Source: Thermoplasmata archaeon (GTDB lineage Archaea > Thermoplasmatota > Thermoplasmata > GCA-020350865). Taken from it: a stretch of DNA of 64,000 nt. Position numbers and translations under genes: made by a program. The notes below the pieces were generated by a model. It searched no databases. It was not told the DNA's origin and saw nothing but the letters and a program-made list of their open reading frames with translations. The stretch spans positions 2,273,153-2,337,152 of the forward strand of contig CP070751.1 in assembly GCA_020348445.1 (NCBI GenBank). Direction: 5' to 3'. Of this stretch, positions 36,720 to 44,754 are shown in pieces (position 1 is the stretch's first letter; each line of letters starts with the position of its first letter).

Positions 36720-38258
36720 GTGAATTGGCAAAGACAAGTAATCAGAATTTCTTCCATACTCCTGTGTATTATACTGCTTGGAATAACCTTGGGGAGCTCA
36801 TGGAACGTTCATGCACAAGAAGATTCTGTTCCCGTAGAAATAGTATCGACAGATGATTATGATAAAACCATCGAGCCTAAAAGTACTGCCACCTATAATT
36901 GGACTCTAGTAAATAATGACATCAACAACACCTTTGGAGTAGAGATCTCCAAATCGTTGTCAGAATTGGGCTGGACCGCAAATCTAAACCAGGATTATTT
37001 AACTTTGGAGCCAGAATCGACATGGATAGTTGTTCTGAGCGTAACTCCCCCAAAGGACATGAAGCGAGGTGAATTAAAGATCAACTTGAATTTCAATATC
37101 ACAAATAAAACTGGTCGCTGGTATGTTGAACTTCCTCCTGTTTTAACTGAAGTTTACGAGGATCCCAAGGTAATGGGCCTCTTTGATAACCCTTTACCAT
37201 CGCCTCTAGACAATAAGTATGGCGTATTTTTGCTCGATATAATCATTTGGACACTCATCGTTATAATTGCCTATCTGATCTTCGAACAATTAATTCATCG
37301 TTGGACCAAGAAGACGAAGACCGAACTTGACGACATCATATTTAAAATTATAAGATCACCTGTTCTAATCCTCATGATATTATATGGAATTATAACGTCT
37401 TTGGAGGTTTTGGATCTTCCAAAAAATATTGTCGGCTACGTTGAACAGGTATACTTTATCGTCCTCATAATCGTAGTGACTTGGGTTATTTTTAAACTGT
37501 TTAAAGACATCCTAATTTACTACGGAAAGATCTACGCTGAGAAGACTGAGAGCCAGATCGATGATATTCTAATACCAGTTATAGAAAAGGTTGGTGCCAT
37601 CATCATTGTTATGGTTGCCGTGACCATCCTTTTGGCGTACACAGGTATCGATTTGACCATGCTTGCAGTGGGGAGCATAGTAATTAGCATGGTGATTGCC
37701 TTTGCACTCCAGGACACGATCTCTAATTTCTTCAGTGGAATATACATTTTGACAGATAGACCTTTTAAGGTGGACGATCTGATACTTTTAGAATCGGGTG
37801 AAGTCTGTAAAATCGAACATATAGGAATGAGAAGCACCCGTTTGTACAACACTTTAGAACATACAATGATAATAATGCCCAACAATAAGCTGGCCAACGA
37901 CAAAATAGTAAATTACACCGAGCCAGATACAAAATTCAGGATAAGTGTGCAGGTGGGAGTGGCGTATGGAACAGATCCCGATAAGATAATCAAGATTCTA
38001 TTGGATATCGTAGAGAAGAATCCAAACCTTATACATGAACCAGAGCAGTACAAGCCCTCTGTGCGTTTTTCCCGGTTTGCAGATTCCAGCTTGAATTTCG
38101 AACTTGTTGTATGGATAAACGATGTAGAGGATAGATTTGACCTTACCACAAAGATTAACAAAGAGATTGATAGGAAGTTCAAAGAAGAGAACATCGAAAT
38201 TCCATTCCCTCAGAGGGTTGTATGGATGAAGGATGTGAAAAAAAGCAAACAAAAATGA
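36720..38258 (+). CDS. mscS: Small-conductance mechanosensitive channel with N-terminal extracytoplasmic Ig-like domain
   Basis: AFALQDTISNFFSGIYILTDRPFKVDD, IGMRSTRL, IMPNNKL, GVAYGTD, FADSSLNFEL, EIPFPQR; signal peptide and beta-rich domain precede the TMs. Confidence 0.92.
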   Translation: MNWQRQVIRISSILLCIILLGITLGSSWNVHAQEDSVPVEIVSTDDYDKTIEPKSTATYNWTLVNNDINNTFGVEISKSLSELGWTANLNQDYLTLEPESTWIVVLSVTPPKDMKRGELKINLNFNITNKTGRWYVELPPVLTEVYEDPKVMGLFDNPLPSPLDNKYGVFLLDIIIWTLIVIIAYLIFEQLIHRWTKKTKTELDDIIFKIIRSPVLILMILYGIITSLEVLDLPKNIVGYVEQVYFIVLIIVVTWVIFKLFKDILIYYGKIYAEKTESQIDDILIPVIEKVGAIIIVMVAVTILLAYTGIDLTMLAVGSIVISMVIAFALQDTISNFFSGIYILTDRPFKVDDLILLESGEVCKIEHIGMRSTRLYNTLEHTMIIMPNNKLANDKIVNYTEPDTKFRISVQVGVAYGTDPDKIIKILLDIVEKNPNLIHEPEQYKPSVRFSRFADSSLNFELVVWINDVEDRFDLTTKINKEIDRKFKEENIEIPFPQRVVWMKDVKKSKQK

Positions 38259-38377
38259 TTGATATCTGATTATCATATTTTTACTTTCATTTAACTCCCC
38301 CACTCAGGTTTTTAAAGACTTTTTTCTATAAGATTTCAGGTACATCGATATTACCTTATCTGTAAGGGGGAGTAGAA

Positions 38378-38893
38378 ATGACTTATGATGATCTAAAGGA
38401 ATTCAAAGGTCGCAAGTATATGGGAATGCCCATAGGAGGAAGGCATGTATGGAATTACCCAAACGGGGTTTGGAAAGAGGAAAAGGTTGATCCAGAAGCC
38501 TGGATTTTTGAGTTTCAATCGATAAAACAAAGGAGTAAATCTGCTCCAGAAAATTCCGGTGTCCCAATAAACACTCAGTATCACTGGTATATCTTAGCTG
38601 ATCAACGGGTCAGAAAAATCGATAAGGACACGTATGAAACTGTAATGGAGGGTGTAAAGCACAAGCTCTCCCACAAAAGACCGCATTGGCGCAAATGGAG
38701 CAGCGAATATCTGAATAACATATCGGACAGGGACAGAATAATGGCGATTTTGAAAGATATGCTCTTGCGACTTACAGTTGACCGCCGATTTGAATATGAA
38801 AATGCAGCAGAGATGTACTTGAAACCGGAAGAAGGTGATGTCAAAGACTGGGTGGGAAATAGACGTGGGGGACTAAAAAGAGATAAGTTCTGA
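38378..38893 (+). CDS. Conserved hypothetical protein (Trp/His-rich, YxGMxxGxxHxWxY motif)
   Basis: RBS GGGGGAG; YMGMPIGGRHVWNYPNGVWKEEK...APENSGVPINTQYHWYILADQ.V.K.D.DTYET resembles an uncharacterised family I recall from bacteria and fungi (unverified). Confidence 0.7.
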   Translation: MTYDDLKEFKGRKYMGMPIGGRHVWNYPNGVWKEEKVDPEAWIFEFQSIKQRSKSAPENSGVPINTQYHWYILADQRVRKIDKDTYETVMEGVKHKLSHKRPHWRKWSSEYLNNISDRDRIMAILKDMLLRLTVDRRFEYENAAEMYLKPEEGDVKDWVGNRRGGLKRDKF

Positions 38894-38974
38894 TGGGTAA
38901 AGTTGAAACTCATATATCGAGGAGAAAAATAAAAAATAGAAAGAAAAAAAGATCTGTTTTTAAACCAACGCAGG

Positions 38975-39166
38975 TTATAGTTTCTTTACATTGGTTGCTT
39001 GTGGGCCCTTTGGGCTCTGTTCGATGTCGAATTCTACAGAATCACCCTCATTCAGGATTGTTCCTTCCGAAAGGGCGTTTTTATGCACGAACACATCCTT
39101 GCCGTCTTCGATTTCAATGAAACCATAGGACTTCCGGTCGTTGTACCATTTCACAGTTCCTTGCAT
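38975..39166 (-). CDS. cspA: Cold-shock domain protein
   Basis: [15 protein letters not shown] (RNP1), DVFVH (RNP2), [20 protein letters not shown]. Confidence 0.95.
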   Translation of the reverse strand: MQGTVKWYNDRKSYGFIEIEDGKDVFVHKNALSEGTILNEGDSVEFDIEQSPKGPQATNVKKL

Positions 39167-39462
39167 TTGATTTCACCTCCTCAGATACTATGTATCTGAT
39201 TCTTAAATAAAGAATTTTCAATCAAAAAGTCGTGAAACCAAATTTGGTAGATCCAAAAGGTGTTAGGCTTTTTAATCTTCATCTTTATTACACTCTTGGT
39301 AGACGATAACTACTATAACTACTTTTCCATGCCATTTTACATTCTCGAATAATGGGTATTTATCTTGTATTATGCACAGATAATGTAGTACTACTGATAA
39401 ATTTCCCAAGATCGAATCTGTCAATACAAATGTTTAAGGTCTAATATGTCATATCCATACTC

Positions 39463-39663
39463 ATGGGGCAACAAGAGGTTTATGACTTTCTAAAAGCACA
39501 TCCAAATGAATGGTTCACTTCAAAAGAGATCAGCGAAGGAATAAATATCTCCATCGGCTCCACCACAGTATGTCTTAAGAAGCTACGAGAAAACAATGAG
39601 GTACAATATAAAGCGATAGGGAAAAAGGGTGGAAAGAGAACTCAATATTCTTATAGTTTTTAG
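39463..39663 (+). CDS. Small winged-helix protein
   Basis: MGQQEVYDFLKAHPNEWFTSKEISEGINISIGSTTVCLKKLRENNEV: classic HTH spacing with a wing. Confidence 0.7.
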   Translation: MGQQEVYDFLKAHPNEWFTSKEISEGINISIGSTTVCLKKLRENNEVQYKAIGKKGGKRTQYSYSF

Positions 39664-39942
39664 AATTCGATTTTTTAAAGTCACAAATTTCGGACATCTT
39701 CCATATACGGAATTTTGTACGAGCTAGTTTTAGACCACGCGGTTTTTTAATAGGACCATATGATTTGCGGGAGATCACTTTGTTTTTGAGGTTGCGCAAA
39801 TCGGTGTGTCGGTCAACAGGTTGATAGACAAAAAAACTGTGGGGAGGAGGTTTAAAATCTCTTAATAAAAAGAGTGATTATCAATAGAAAATTTTTTATC
39901 TGTTTATTGCAATAAGTTGCTGTCATGGAAGGGAAGAGATGT

Positions 39943-40551
39943 ATGAACGAAGATAATAGGAGATCAGGAACGAATTTACTCATAATCGGGATAACATTGT
40001 TTTTAATTGGCCTCTTTGATAACCACATATCAGATTTGATTCAGGAATTCAATGATGATGTTCGTATTTACGGTTGGGGTTGGATCCCCCAGCTTATAGG
40101 AGGCCTTCTGGCGATATATGGATTCATGATACTTCTTGAGGAATATCTAGCAACCAGTAAACAGCCATACCCTGGGGTACCTCAACCTACTCCTTTACCT
40201 CTTTTGTTGTTCATGGATAAAGAAATAAAAAAGGTGATATGGCTGCTTATGATCGTAGCCTTGGTTATATACATTCTATCACCGGGTCTACAATGTCAAA
40301 CCGTGGTCATTATTCTATTGGTCCTGGCGATTATATTCCTGATTTTTAGGGGAGAACAGCGCCCTTATTATCCCTATCCGCCTCCATATTATCCACCACG
40401 GCACCAAATGCCTTACAAAGTACGCTCTGCGAAACCTCCCCCATCTCCTAAAGGTGGGAGGGTTAAAATTTGTAAAAGATGCAACACATTGCTCGAGCTT
40501 GATTGGGTTGCATGCCCTATTTGCGGTGAACCCACGTTAGATAAAAGATGA
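39943..40551 (+). CDS. 4-TM membrane protein with Pro/Tyr-rich tail and C-terminal zinc ribbon
   Basis: Four hydrophobic helices, PYYPYPPPYYPP, CKRC...CPICG. Start 39943 or 39925. Confidence 0.7.
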   Translation: MNEDNRRSGTNLLIIGITLFLIGLFDNHISDLIQEFNDDVRIYGWGWIPQLIGGLLAIYGFMILLEEYLATSKQPYPGVPQPTPLPLLLFMDKEIKKVIWLLMIVALVIYILSPGLQCQTVVIILLVLAIIFLIFRGEQRPYYPYPPPYYPPRHQMPYKVRSAKPPPSPKGGRVKICKRCNTLLELDWVACPICGEPTLDKR

Positions 40552-40583
40552 TTTTGCGTACAATTTTCGGAAGATAGTTTCTG

Positions 40584-40597
40584 GGGCGCGCAAAAGG
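40584..40597 (+). repeat. Post-stop motif GGGCDCRCAARA, copy 1
   Basis: GGGCGCGCAAAAGG, 32 nt after the stop at 40551. Confidence 0.55.
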
Positions 40598-40661
40598 GGG
40601 CGCGTCGGTGGAGGAATGGGAGGTTAGGGGAAACGGTAGGGGGGGTTACGAGGGTGGTTGA

Positions 40662-40746
40662 TGTACAGTTGAGATTACGTATGCAGTTCCCACCCATGAG
40701 AGGTGGTCTCAGTTTTGCGGGAGGCCTATCCGCGAAGGTGTACACC
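40662..40746. other. Putative structured non-coding segment (nested helices) in a G-rich intergenic region
   Basis: TGTACA 40662-67/40739-44, TGAGA 40670-74/TCTCA 40707-11, CCACC 40690-94/GGTGG 40702-06, GCGG 40717-20/CCGC 40730-33. Confidence 0.3.
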
Positions 40747-40920
40747 GTCTTGGAGTGAACTGCTTCTTCTAATTTTCGAGGAGGGTTTGGGAGGGTGTGA
40801 ATGGTATATTATACTGAAACCAAAAATATAAATATTCACAATATAATTGCGATCTGGCTTTATAAGGGAATCGCCAAAAAGGACGTTCTCAGAGGGGCCA
40901 ATATAAGGAGGGAGAGAAAA

Positions 40921-43857
40921 ATGAGAAAGGAAAAGGTAATAAGACTGTTTTTATCTCTAATGACAGCTTTTATTTTGGTGGTAAGTGTGTTTGCAAGCGA
41001 AAATACTACATATTATAACGAGATGGATAAGTCCGATGCAGAAAGACTTGAGATAATTCAGCCATCTCAACCACAAGTAACACCCCAGCCAGATGAAAGG
41101 TTCTTCGAGATGGAAAAGGAAACGATTTTAACACCAACGGAGCATGGTAATGACCATGAGGATTTAAAGACTCTAGAAAACAACAAAGTAAATGAAGAAT
41201 TGATCATTGAAGAAGAAACGAGGATAGAAGAGTCCTACGAATTACTTTCTGCAGCGCCACCCGGGGGCTCAAGCACTTACGATTACGTTATCATCACCAC
41301 AAATGATATTGTTGATAATAGTGAAGAACTTGAGCATTTTGTCAATATGAAAGAAATTGAAGGACATTCTGTAAAAATCGTAACTGAAACAGATTTTGAA
41401 GGTCTTACAGGTCAATATCCAAATGATCGAGCCGATAAAATACGAAAGTGGTTGATCGATAATTATCAAACCATGGGTATTGAGTATGTTTTGTTTGTTG
41501 GAGATCCTGATCCTGAAGATTCCAGGGATCCAGGTGATCATGTTGGAGATGTTCCAATGAAGATGTGTTTTACACAATCCTTTACTCCTTTTAATCCGGG
41601 TATTCCAACTGATTTGTACTTTGGAGATCTGGATAGCAATTGGGATTTAGATGGTGATGGAATTTACTGCGAATTTGATTCAATTCTAAATCCGAGAAGT
41701 CCAAATGGGTCAATTCATGAGGATACCTTTTCAATTTTTTGGATTGGGGAAGTCATGTGTAATTTCAGTACCAATTATACTTTTTGGACGTATAGTGATG
41801 ATGCGGTAAAGGTCATGCTTGATGGGGAGTACATCATTGATAATTGGACTCCACACACACAAACTGTTGATGAAGCAACTCGTTTTATGAATGCTGGAAG
41901 ACATGATCTGCAAATATTCTATCGTGATGATTATGGTGATGGGATTATTCGATTGTATTGGAGAACCGAGGTTGATAAAAATGATCCTTGTTTTTTTAAA
42001 AATCAAATTATTCCTTCTTATAACCTTTATGATGAAGGTGGCATTATAGGTGGACTTACTGGGTACTACTATGACAACCCTGATTTTACTGATCATAAAA
42101 TCACTAGGAAGGACCCAGAGGTTGCATTTTTCTGGGGAAGTGGAGATAAGGGATTAAATGATCCAGACCATCACACCGAGGTCATTGTTGGAAGAATTCC
42201 TGTTTACGATGATGATTACGGGCATCTTGAAAAAATTTTTAGAAAAATCATTGATTACGAAACCGATCCAGGTGATATAAGCTGGCGGAAATCTCTTCTT
42301 CTTCCAATGGTGCCCATGGATTCCAAAACTCCAAGTTGGGGTCTTGGTGAAGCATTAAAGGACAATGTTGCTATTCCAAGCGGTTTTTCCTATTACCGCA
42401 TTTATGATGAGGATTACGCATCCTCCGGCGGTCCAACTCCCGAAATCTGGCCTTGTTACTATGATAACACCTACAACGAGTGGAAAAAGGGTTATGGTAT
42501 GGTTACCTGGCATACCCATGGAAATGAAATAAAAGGTACAAGAGTAATGCATCTTGATAATATATCACATCTTGATGATTCAAAACCATCATTTACATTT
42601 CAAGCATCCTGTCTTAATTCATGTCCAGAGCGAAAAGACAATCTAGCATATTCATTGCTCAAACATGGAGGGATTGCAACAGTTTCATCCACAAGAGTAT
42701 CCACATATACGGGAGGTCATTATACATCATTTTATCCACAGCACGTTATAAACCATGATATGGCATATTTCTACACAGGGTATGTCATTTATTATGGAAT
42801 AAACGCGGGGTCTGCACTAAAAGTTGTTAAGAGTGCACATGATCCAATTGGAGCGAATACCCTAAGATATGTTCTCTATGGAGACCCAGATTGCTATCTT
42901 CTGATTACTAATCCCAATGAACCTCCTGTTGTGGACATAAATGGCCCATATACTGGATACGAGGGAAGTTCAATAACATTCGATGCCAGTGGGTCTTATG
43001 ATCCCGAGGGCGATATCTTAGATTATAGATGGGATTTTGATGACGATGGAATTTGGGATACAGAATGGTCAGCAAGTCCCACTGTTAATTATACTTGGGG
43101 TGATGATTACACAGGAGATGTAAAAGTCGAAGTTCGTGATCAACTTGGGAAAACAGGTAATGATACCACTACAGTTAATGTTTATAATTTGGCTCCAGCA
43201 ATCGAGGATGTTAAAGCCTATATTCTTGTGGACTTCACCCTACGAGCAGCCGGCGAGAAATATCACAATGTAGAGATGCTCATTTTAGAGGATGGCTCCC
43301 AAATCGGATACGCGGAAGTTGTCAGGTATCCTGGAAGCCCGGATGATCAGAGCAAAACTTTGGTGGATGTGAAATGTAATGTTACCAAGGTCATCTCGGT
43401 TAAGGTCTTGTATACTCCCTTAAACGACAAAGTAAACGGTCAGCCCAACGGCGCCACCCCATGCTGGGTGAACGTCTCTTTTGAAGATGGAGGTTATAAT
43501 CGCTCTCATCATACCTTCAACGTCAAGCATCCCAATACATGGGAGTGGATAATTGGTGTGAATAAATTCTTTTTAAATCATGAGATGACCTTTGAGGCCG
43601 ATGCCTCTGATGTGGGAAGCGATGATTTGACATTCACCTGGGACTGGGACGATGGAACATCTGATACAGTAACCACTTATTACAACGACGTAGCAAATCC
43701 AGATCCCTTTCCAAGCCCCGAAGGAACCTATCCCTTCTTGGCAATGGATGTGGCAAAACATACTTTCACTGTAAGCGGAAGCTACAATGTCGTGCTAACG
43801 GTATCGGATGATGATGGTGGTGCATCAGGTGTTGTTTTAACCATTTCCCTGATTTAG
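40921..43857 (+). CDS. Exported gingipain-like peptidase C25 with inserted permuted PA14, PKD domains and conserved C-terminal insert, paralog 1
   Basis: YDYVIITT, ADKIRKWLIDNY...YVLFVGD, VIVGRIP, WHTHG (His) and FQASCLN (Cys) dyad, YVLYGDP, PKD NEPPVVDINGPYTG; ATG 40921. Confidence 0.85.
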   Translation: MRKEKVIRLFLSLMTAFILVVSVFASENTTYYNEMDKSDAERLEIIQPSQPQVTPQPDERFFEMEKETILTPTEHGNDHEDLKTLENNKVNEELIIEEETRIEESYELLSAAPPGGSSTYDYVIITTNDIVDNSEELEHFVNMKEIEGHSVKIVTETDFEGLTGQYPNDRADKIRKWLIDNYQTMGIEYVLFVGDPDPEDSRDPGDHVGDVPMKMCFTQSFTPFNPGIPTDLYFGDLDSNWDLDGDGIYCEFDSILNPRSPNGSIHEDTFSIFWIGEVMCNFSTNYTFWTYSDDAVKVMLDGEYIIDNWTPHTQTVDEATRFMNAGRHDLQIFYRDDYGDGIIRLYWRTEVDKNDPCFFKNQIIPSYNLYDEGGIIGGLTGYYYDNPDFTDHKITRKDPEVAFFWGSGDKGLNDPDHHTEVIVGRIPVYDDDYGHLEKIFRKIIDYETDPGDISWRKSLLLPMVPMDSKTPSWGLGEALKDNVAIPSGFSYYRIYDEDYASSGGPTPEIWPCYYDNTYNEWKKGYGMVTWHTHGNEIKGTRVMHLDNISHLDDSKPSFTFQASCLNSCPERKDNLAYSLLKHGGIATVSSTRVSTYTGGHYTSFYPQHVINHDMAYFYTGYVIYYGINAGSALKVVKSAHDPIGANTLRYVLYGDPDCYLLITNPNEPPVVDINGPYTGYEGSSITFDASGSYDPEGDILDYRWDFDDDGIWDTEWSASPTVNYTWGDDYTGDVKVEVRDQLGKTGNDTTTVNVYNLAPAIEDVKAYILVDFTLRAAGEKYHNVEMLILEDGSQIGYAEVVRYPGSPDDQSKTLVDVKCNVTKVISVKVLYTPLNDKVNGQPNGATPCWVNVSFEDGGYNRSHHTFNVKHPNTWEWIIGVNKFFLNHEMTFEADASDVGSDDLTFTWDWDDGTSDTVTTYYNDVANPDPFPSPEGTYPFLAMDVAKHTFTVSGSYNVVLTVSDDDGGASGVVLTISLI

Positions 43858-43882
43858 TAATAATAATCGCCTTTTGATGGGT

Positions 43883-43897
43883 GGGCACACAAGAAGG
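43883..43897 (+). repeat. Post-stop motif, copy 2
   Basis: GGGCACACAAGAAGG, 25 nt after the stop at 43857. Confidence 0.45.
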
Positions 43898-44026
43898 TGC
43901 AGAAGGGAGATATAATATCTCCAAAAAAAGGGAAAAACACATGCACCACTTCTTTCGAACACAAAGCATCGGATACATAAAATATAGCTTTTGCCTTTCC
44001 TTTAGCAAGAATACAGGTGGAGAACC

Positions 44027-44596
44027 TTGACCAAAAACCACTACCAGATACTGGGTGTTTCTCGCAGTGCAACACACAAAGAGATCAAATCTGCTTACCG
44101 CGCCCTTGCCATAAGATATCATCCAGACGTGACACGCTTGGACAAGGAAAAGGCCGAGGAATGGTTCAAGCAGATCTCTGAAGCCTACTGGATTCTCAAG
44201 GATCCGTATAGGCGCAAGAAATACAACCTTACCCTACCTGCTCCCGCGAAAAAAACAAAAGTGATTTACGAGAAGCCGCCACCTTGGGAGCTTCAAAAAG
44301 AAGAAGATTGGATATGGGACGAGCGCCAGCTACGATACCGCAAGAAACAGACCAGTGATAATGGCATGTATGTGGCTCGTTCACCCTTCAGTTTTCTAAA
44401 AAATGGAAGGATTTATCGCCCCAAGACCCGTTTTGACAGGCTCAAGGAGGACTTTCAGAAAGATATGCAATCTTTCAGATTTTGGCTGATTAGGAGGGCA
44501 CGAATTACGCGCTTGAGGTATCGACTGCTTCTTGACTGGCTCAATAAAAGACGCCTTTACAGCCGGCATTTCAAACACCAAAAAAACAAATCTTAG
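44027..44596 (+). CDS. J-domain (DnaJ class III-like) protein
   Basis: NHYQILGVSRSATHKEIKSAYRALAIRYHPD...FKQISEAYWILKDP.RRKKY; HPD intact; no Zn-finger or substrate-binding domain; basic/aromatic tail. Confidence 0.85.
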   Translation: MTKNHYQILGVSRSATHKEIKSAYRALAIRYHPDVTRLDKEKAEEWFKQISEAYWILKDPYRRKKYNLTLPAPAKKTKVIYEKPPPWELQKEEDWIWDERQLRYRKKQTSDNGMYVARSPFSFLKNGRIYRPKTRFDRLKEDFQKDMQSFRFWLIRRARITRLRYRLLLDWLNKRRLYSRHFKHQKNKS

Positions 44597-44754
44597 ACAA
44601 AATTTACGTAAGAAAACTTTAGACTGGCTATACTTTCTCTTAAAGTCCCGAATTCATCAATTAAACATTATATTAGCGCAAATTTTAGACCTTGATAATA
44701 GACCCGAAAAATACTTATCCAGTCATTCCATATAGGTCATGATAGGGTGGGATT

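Noticed and set aside
39575-39799. 74-aa minus-strand ORF
   Set aside because: Overlaps the better-supported wHTH gene on the opposite strand; TTG start without RBS; no motif.
40413-40745. 110-aa minus-strand ORF through the G-rich region
   Set aside because: The Pro/Thr bias simply mirrors the C-rich strand; it overlaps a real gene and has no RBS.
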